In this document: positions 57,044 to 64,000 of the stretch, piece by piece
Layout: each line of letters starts with the position of its first letter
Position numbering within the stretch: position 1 is the stretch's first letter
NCBI RefSeq assembly: GCF_000143415.4
Contig: NW_003314263.1
Span: forward strand, 3,916,451-3,980,450
Source of the DNA: Selaginella moellendorffii
Taxonomy: Eukaryota; Plantae; Lycopodiophyta
DNA length: 64,000 nt
Reading direction: 5' to 3'
Made by a program: the position numbers and the translations under genes
Notes under the pieces: model-generated
The model's input: the letters and a program-made list of their open reading frames with translations, nothing else
The model's database searches: none
Told to the model about the DNA's origin: nothing

Positions 57044-57616
57044 ATGAAGATCTTCATTCCCCTCGTTCTAACACTGGTTTTTGCAATTGCTCCTGCACAA
57101 TCGAGCCTCCCAAATGCGGGAGAATTGGATCTATCAAAGTGCACCGAGGTGATCCGGTTCTACTTGCAAGACCAGTTCAATGGGAGCAATCCGACAACAG
57201 CAATTGTCCTGCCTCCTCGTAACAACGAAACGTTGTTTGGTCAGGTTGCCATTTTTTATGACAAGCTGACTACGGAGTCCTCGATCAACTCCAAGCTTGT
57301 GGGAAGAGCCAAGGGTTTTCTGGTGATAGATTCGCTGGGCAAAAGCAGCTTTCTCCAGATCATGATGGAGCTGGAAGGGCGGAAAGGTACAATAGTGCTC
57401 CATGGTCAGAACCCCTTCACTGAGTCCCAAAGGGAAATAGCCGTTGTTGGGGGCACAGGAGAGTTCAGAAACGTTCAGGGCTACGCATTAACGAGCACAA
57501 CTGGAGCTGAACCTGGTGGGCTTATTGCAATCTACGAAGTTCATCTGGTGAGGCTCTGGAAATGCATCTGGAAATGCTTCAACATGAAACTCATATTTTA
57601 CTATTTCATTTTGTAA
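57044..57616 (+). CDS. Dirigent protein (copy 1)
   Basis: IRFYLQD, FGQVAIFYDKLT, VGRAKG, REIAVVGGTGEFRNVQGYA. C-terminus extended by indels. Confidence 0.9.
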   Translation: MKIFIPLVLTLVFAIAPAQSSLPNAGELDLSKCTEVIRFYLQDQFNGSNPTTAIVLPPRNNETLFGQVAIFYDKLTTESSINSKLVGRAKGFLVIDSLGKSSFLQIMMELEGRKGTIVLHGQNPFTESQREIAVVGGTGEFRNVQGYALTSTTGAEPGGLIAIYEVHLVRLWKCIWKCFNMKLIFYYFIL

Positions 57617-57806
57617 ACTCAGAACCCTAGACCATTAAAAAATGAATATGCTTTATTTAATTATACATCTTAACCTATTACCCACACTCTCAGTCACTCA
57701 AAATTTCTGAGACCTGATCCGCGCAATTAAAATCACTCGGCGAGTGCACCAGGAGGGCCACTACCGCTAATCTGTTCATAACATGACTTAATTCATTAGA
57801 AACTAC

Positions 57807-58776
57807 CTGAAGATCCTTGGTTGCCGGTTCTACTAGATCCCTGATTTGTTCGTTGTAAATCTGCATTGATATTGCACTTCCTGCCGGCTGGAGGTGCGTT
57901 GTTTCTGTGGAAGTACGTCAATTTTAATTGCTACAAGTAGTTATGGTCGACAGTCTTTACTTGTTCAATCCGCAGGAAGAGCGCCTTGAAGAATCTGGGT
58001 GCAATCCCAGCCTCATCACTCAGGGAACCTGATTTAGGAATGCTTCCCCACATTGTGTAAGTTTTCCCGCTTCCCGTCTGCAAGAGATGAAAATGCTCAT
58101 ATTTTATGATCCAGGTTGCGAGTCTGAAATACCTGACCGAAGGCGAACATAGAGCAATTAAAGCCATCCAGACAGTGCGCCACCATAGGCGAGCCTACCA
58201 CGAAAACATGTTGCTATAGAGCCATGGTTCATACAATTCGCTAAATGTGCTTGCTTGCCTGTGTTGAGTTTTCCCCAGCAACTCCATCGCACGTGAATTG
58301 CTGATGCTCCAGCGTAACAGAATTTGAGGATACTACAAACAAGCTTCTGGCTGCTGCTTCTTCCTGCTCTTTGCTGATCAATGGCCTTACTCTCAGGACA
58401 ACCTAAAGAAAAAAGATAGAATAACATCAACAGAAAAACAGAGAACACAACCTTACCTTCACTCCTGTGTCTGTCTCAAGCGGCAGACGGTCCCAATCGA
58501 GCTTGCACCTGAGATGACGATCTTGACCTTCCTGCACCTCATTCAACCTACATTTTGCCAAAGGCACCCGCATAGGGCTGCAACACTTGCTGCTACTGCA
58601 CCTGGACAAGGAAGAAGAAGAGGAACAAGAAAAAGAAGCCGAGGGAGGCATATTTTCATCATTCTGTTGCCTCCAGTTCTTGAGCCTGTGCTCTCATCCC
58701 GCTCGCTTCGATCAAAGCTCCAGTGAAATCCTCCTGCTGCTGCGTTGGAAGCAATCTTGGAGCCGAAGCTTGACAT
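57807..58776 (-). pseudogene. Truncated kinesin-12-like motor gene
   Basis: Spliced pieces DTGVK|VVLRVRPL, CLDGFNCSMFAFGQ|TGSGKTYTMWG, GIAPRFF..LF, IYNEQIRDL. No continuation of the motor domain is visible. Confidence 0.75.
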
Positions 58777-59030
58777 GTTCTAGGTATATTCTTCCGTTGG
58801 GAATGGTCCTCCCCATGGTGCCTTATTCCACCATGTATATAGTATATTCCGCCGTGGTAGAATATGCTATTGTGGTGGTGACGTGCATATTCTACCATAT
58901 ACCTTGCCCGATTGATGTTCGAACGTGAACTTATAAAACACCAAGTTGCCGAGGCGCCGGAAAACCAGTTCTGTTCTTCAAATACATAAATCGAGTTCTA
59001 GTGCTGCAGTAGTGGACACACAGCTCTGCA

Positions 59031-59567
59031 ATGAAGATCTTCATTTCACTCGTTCTAGCTCTGGTTTTTGCAATCGCTCCTGCAGAATCGAGCTTCCCAA
59101 AGCCGGGAAGATTGGATCTATCAAAGTGCACCGAGGTGATCCGGTTCTACTTGCACGACCAGTTCACCGGGAGCAATCCGACGTCAGCAGTTGTCCTGCC
59201 TCCTCTCAACAACAAAACATTGTTTGGTCAGGTTGGGATCCTAGATGACAAGCTGACTAAAGAGTCCCCGATCAACTCCAAGCTTGTGGGAAGAGCCAAG
59301 GGTTTTCTGGTGTTAGATTCACTGAGCAGCAGCAGCTTTCTCCAGAGCATGACGGTGGAGCTGGAAGGGCGGAAAGGTACAATAGTGTTCCATGGTCAGA
59401 ACCCGTTCACTGAGCCTCAAAGGGAAATCGCTATTGTTGGGGGCACAGGAGAGTTCAGGAACGTTCAGGGCTACGCATTAACAAGCACAATTGGATCTGA
59501 ACCTGGTGGGAACATTGCAGTCTACGAAGCTCATCTGCTGAGGCTCTGGGAATGCTTCAAGCCATGA
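59031..59567 (+). CDS. Dirigent protein (copy 2)
   Basis: IRFYLHD, FGQVGILDDKLT, REIAIVGGTGEF; signal peptide. Confidence 0.92.
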   Translation: MKIFISLVLALVFAIAPAESSFPKPGRLDLSKCTEVIRFYLHDQFTGSNPTSAVVLPPLNNKTLFGQVGILDDKLTKESPINSKLVGRAKGFLVLDSLSSSSFLQSMTVELEGRKGTIVFHGQNPFTEPQREIAIVGGTGEFRNVQGYALTSTIGSEPGGNIAVYEAHLLRLWECFKP

Positions 59568-60582
59568 AACTCATATTCTACTCTTAATATATAGGTACCA
59601 CGTTTTCTATAAAATGTGATAATCTATATAATAAAACGCTCCGGGCCGTCCAAAATAAGTGAAATCTTTGCCAAACCATGTCACGATTCTGTGCATGGTT
59701 CCCGCCGTCGATCTGTACTCCTATGGACGGCTGAGATCTGGCGGATCTCATCTGGAAGATCCCACGGCTGTGAACATGCGGGACTCCCAGTTGAGAAGGG
59801 CGAGTTTTGACTGCCGCTTTTTCCTCTTCTGTGTGGGCGCGCAGCCAAGCGCAGGAGACTCTGGCAACCTGAATGCGCTGATCGGTTGGGAGCAAGCGCG
59901 GGACGGTAGGCTGCTGCAGCTGGATGCGCTGGGATTCTGCCCGCTGCTTCCTCTCAAGTGGGACGTTAAAGGCCTGTTCTGTGGCCGGGTGATCTTGACG
60001 AGGGGGCTGCTGCGAAAGCTCTCTCCTGTGAGCTGAATAGTCGTGCTCCTCTTGGGACAATATGCGCTGTCTTCAGCAGCTTTGCTGATGAGAGAAGCCA
60101 GGCCTCACGGCATAGCGCTCTATAGAGAATGAGAACACTCCCAGAACAATCCCCTGGGATGGATCTCACACAGGATGGGAAAGAAAACTAAGAAAGCCCT
60201 AAACTGAAGGAATGCGACTCAGATCACGGCCCCCCAGATGCTCCTCCAGCGCTGGCAGAGTCCAAGATCGTGCGCCTGTCAGACTGCGACCATCTCTTCC
60301 ACACGCATTGCATCTTCTCCCCGAGTGAGTGCTCTTTTCCCTGTTCTGAATTGTTTGTTTGTTTGTTTGTTTTCGTGTCAGGTGACGGATATGTCTGAGC
60401 AGGGAGCTGTTCACCTTGGAAAACAGAGGTCAGGCTTATGAGAAAAAAGGAAATTTACTTCTGACATTGTAGCGATTCGCCATACAATTTTTGCTTCTGG
60501 CCTTGATATCGATTTGGTTGCTTTGTTGTGCACCTCCATCATGGTCTCCAAGAGCGTTACTGTAAAGGAACATGTGCGTTGC

Positions 60583-60620
60583 AGGGACCTGTGGTCGCCT
60601 GAGGAAGATCAGAAGCTATC
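60583..60620 (+). pseudogene. MYB repeat-start relic
   Basis: RDLWSPEEDQKL resembles the RGLWSPEEDEKL MYB start; nothing follows. Confidence 0.4.
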
Positions 60621-61111
60621 AAGAACCATGGACTTGGCCGATTTTTATATTGGGAACCATTGGCGTCGTGGTTGCCACAAGTCAAGCTCTGGGCTGCCGC
60701 TCTGACGCAACAAGCTGCTCGCTTTTGCGCTCCCACATTATTCTCGCTAGCTCCTGCCAAGAGGATTTGGCTGAATCCGAGTTTAGTGTGTTCTTGGGTC
60801 TTTTTCGCTTGCACGACGGTGGATTATAGCTCCCTGACGCAACATGTCGCCATGTTCTCCAAACCGCTGAAAACTCCCTCTTAGCTTCGCAAATTCCACT
60901 CAATCGGATTCAGCCATAGCCAATGCAGCTATGCACAATATTGGTGGCTGAAGTGCTAAACAATAAAGCTTAAATGCACCTTTGAAGAGAAACTTGTGAG
61001 CTGTGACGTGGAGCCAGAAATTAAACACTCTACTCATGGGCACAAAAATCGCCTTGCTCGCTCTGCCAAAACTCGTTGTTCTGATCTATAAGCTGCTGCT
61101 ATACCAAGCTG

Positions 61112-61315
61112 ATGAAGAAAAGAAGAGCCCTGCTGCGATCGATGAGGATGAAGGATGATCCTTTTGAAGGCCCGCTAATGAAGATTCAAATAACCGCGTT
61201 TCGCTGTGGAGGCATAGCTATGTCTGTCCATTTGCTCCACCTTGCAGTCGACGGTCATAGCCTAGTGAATTTTCTGAATTCAGTTCACTGCACAAATTTA
61301 AGAGATACTTGTTGA
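61112..61315 (+). pseudogene. BAHD acyltransferase fragment
   Basis: PLMKIQITAFRCGGIAMSVHLLHLAVDGHSLVNFLNS contains the HxxxDG motif; flanked by stops. Confidence 0.75.
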
Positions 61316-63590
61316 ACTAACCTGAAACCTTGTTGAACACATTGTGAGACTTTTCTTCTGCTTCTCTCTCAGGAGAGCTCCCTAAATTATGAGCACCATT
61401 CGCCTAATCCGGCATCTGTGATCGAGGCCATAATCAGCCGGCATGATTTGATGGAATATTATATGCGCAGAAGGAGCGCCCACATTCATAGCAACGGGCC
61501 TTGAAGTTTAGTCTTTCAGCAGAGAGTGGCAGCATGCAGTTCCTTCCCAGTGGACACTAGCCTTGAGGGTAAGCTCTCCTTCTATTGCCTGCATTGTGTT
61601 CATGCTAGAAATGTACAAAGAGGCTTCAAGTCAATTCAAGGCTCAATAGCTAACTGCATATCTTTTAGCATGAAAACTGTAAGAGAGTGATCCCACCGGC
61701 CGCGTCGATCTCAAGGTAGTCCAGATACTGGTAATGTTCTTCGCAACGTGAGCCTTTTGTCTCTTTTTCCTGTTCATGTCTTGATCTTGTTCTTTCCAGA
61801 TCAGCTTACCTGCTGATTAGCTCAACATGATCTGGACCATTAAAAAAGCATGAAATTTGCAATCCTCTTTGTCAAGGGGTTAGAGTGTGCTTGCATCCAA
61901 GATAAAGTCAAGATCATGGGTTTCTTTTTGTTTTAGACTAAATGTGATTAATTAGTGGGGGATTAATAATAATCCTAAAGTTGTCCATCGTGAGGGGTGG
62001 AAACTTTGGCATCAATTGTGAAAGACAAAATACAAAAAAGGGCTCAGTGAAAAACAAAAAGCAAGTGGTGGTGTCATGGAGAGTAGTGACGACAATATCG
62101 ACAAAGCCGGTGCCAAGGAGGACAAATCTCCAGACAGTCATGGTGATAAATAGCATTGGAGCATAAGGAGGCTCAAGTCCCTAAGCAACAGTGGTTTCTT
62201 TGTGCTCGCTTGTCTTGGTGTTCATGGAGTTCCCTCCACACTCCTCCTCCCTAGTTTAGATGAAGAAGTTTGTGAAAGAACTTTCTTATATTTAAGATTG
62301 ATGATGTTTTTCAGCTTAAAATGGCCTTGGAGTAGCTTTTAAAGGTGTTATAGTAGTTGCAAGTTCACTCAAAACATATGATATTTATATTTATAGAAAT
62401 TTTCTTTAAGGCTTTCCATAGTGCATTTTGGTGTAGCCCCCTAGCATCAATATTTCTCTTCTCCCACATTGTCACCTCTCTAGTCCCTAAAGCATAAGTA
62501 AGTTTGTATGTAAATTTAGATTGAATTAACTTTCATAACAAGGAAACTCATTCATTAGTGCTAAGTCATATGCATTAGTGGGAGTTTATATTCATAAAAA
62601 AAAAACCATCAACTCCACTAACTCCAATTTTTACTTTGCATTGCAATATAGATGTAGTAAAGCCCATTTAATAAATAAATAGGAAATGTAATTGCATTTT
62701 GTTTTCACAGTTTTAAAGAACTATCTCTATATAGGATTATCCCATAATATATAAAGGAGTATATTTTTAGGGTTTGTCATAGTGGAGAGTAGAGAATTCT
62801 TTTGTGGTCAATCACAATTTTCCCACATTTTTGTGTGTTAAATAAGGAAAGGTCTTTTAAACATGTCTAATTTGTAGATCTAGAGAGAAAAGGGAGAGAA
62901 AATGAAGATTTCCCTCTTTTCTTTTATTATGAAGGAGATTCATTGACTATGTCATGTTTGGAGTCACATTCTTGGAAATAAAAGAGGAATTTAAGAGTGG
63001 TTTTACTTGCATTGTCTTCCTTAGGTTTAAGGCTTTCTTAGAATTCTAAGAGCACTTCATTTGAAGCAAGGAATTGGGAGATTTGGTCATTTTTTTATGT
63101 TGCAATTTTGTGTTTAATATTGTCAAATTTGGGCATTTAGAACTCACAATTTGTCTAACATTTTTAGTGTTATAAATTGGATCTAGAGTGGCATGTCTTA
63201 AGCTTTCCTAGGATATATTTCTTGTTAGAATCAAAGGTTATTTGAGCTGCCAAGTAGGGTTTTAGTTTTAGGGTTCTTAGTGAAGCATTGTTTTAGATTT
63301 TGGATCTTAGTTTTTTATTTGGCTCAAAATATTAAAGCACAATCTAACGTCTCAAACAAAGAGTTTTATTACATCTTTTGTCACCCAAATCTTTTGCCAC
63401 TTGATGATTCAATACTAGAGCATATGATTCTTGAGGAGTTAAAACTAGAACAAATGCAAAAGATGCTTCCCTAGCTTGGTATGGTGATCAATCCATATAG
63501 TGCCACAATTTTGACTAAAAAGATGCCCGAGTTCATATCAACTAAATAAAAAAGATCCTCCAAATGCTCAATATTACAAATCCTTTGTTA

Positions 63591-63949
63591 TGTTAGGAAT
63601 CCCCCAATTCTTGCCACATTCTTAACTCTCGCCGGATTCCTGACCTACAAACCACATTTCTGACTTTCGAGACACTTCCCTATTTTTGACTCTCTGATTT
63701 CCCGTATGATTCTTGATTCCCAAACCACATTCCTAATGATGATATGGCATCTCCTTGACCTCAGTTATATTTAGGCTGTCCTCAATCCAAGAGTGGTGGA
63801 GCTTCATCAACCTATAATATATATAAGTTAGCTTTGTTCCATTTCTCCACAATTTGAATCAATGCTAGTCTAAGGCCTTCTTCATCTCCACTAGTTTTTC
63901 TCTTTGTTTTCTACATTTTCCAGTCTTGATCTTGTTAGGGATCTTGACA
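63591..63949 (+). mobile_element. Possible solo LTR
   Basis: TGTTAGGAATC...GATCTTGACA termini with an internal TATA-like run. No clear target-site duplication or PBS. Confidence 0.35.
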
Positions 63950-64000
63950 ATTTGATTCAAATTGTGCTTTTTACTTTTGCTTTAGCTCATTTTAATTGTT

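Noticed and set aside
59659-60036. 125-aa ORF downstream of dirigent copy 2
   Set aside because: Non-ATG start and no recognisable motif.
57026-61315. Lignan/phenolic biosynthetic cluster (dirigents, BAHD, MYB)
   Set aside because: The BAHD and MYB sequences are only fragments, and no laccase, P450 or reductase is present.
63255-63276. Telomere-like tagggtttt repeats
   Set aside because: Only two or three degenerate units, which are common in plant repeats.

Overview
Gene-dense land-plant nuclear DNA. The roughly 50-70 nt introns, very short intergenic distances and 31-aa SS-type PPR arrays point to a lycophyte such as Selaginella (inference). Intact genes: an ABCC/MRP transporter, an unknown CTFxP-repeat protein, an RD21-like protease with granulin domain, LEUNIG/LUH, a SWEET transporter, an FMN hydrolase (HAD), an AT-rich bulb-type lectin, two PPRs, an ARM-repeat protein, a PGP synthase, a C9orf85/DUF2039 homolog, an At1g75140-like membrane protein, PAT1, PEX5, a kinase fusion and two dirigents. 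Relics of PPR, lectin, kinesin-12, BAHD, MYB, LINE and gypsy sequences are also present. Main highlights: (1) a ~5.6 kb fold-back (16965-22602) whose arms are a mosaic of intron-containing fragments of the neighbouring LUG and ARM genes and of a PPR, with 22-23 nt blocks identical to the last LUG exon, a candidate long hairpin-RNA or proto-miRNA locus; (2) a catalytically intact kinase with an MLKL/DUF1221-like N-terminus and an AIR9/SCAB-like Ig+PH C-terminus; (3) a pre-miRNA-like hairpin whose only mismatches are G:U pairs; (4) a tRNA-derived SINE-like insertion in a PPR. Exon boundaries were read by eye and family assignments come from recalled motifs, not from database searches.
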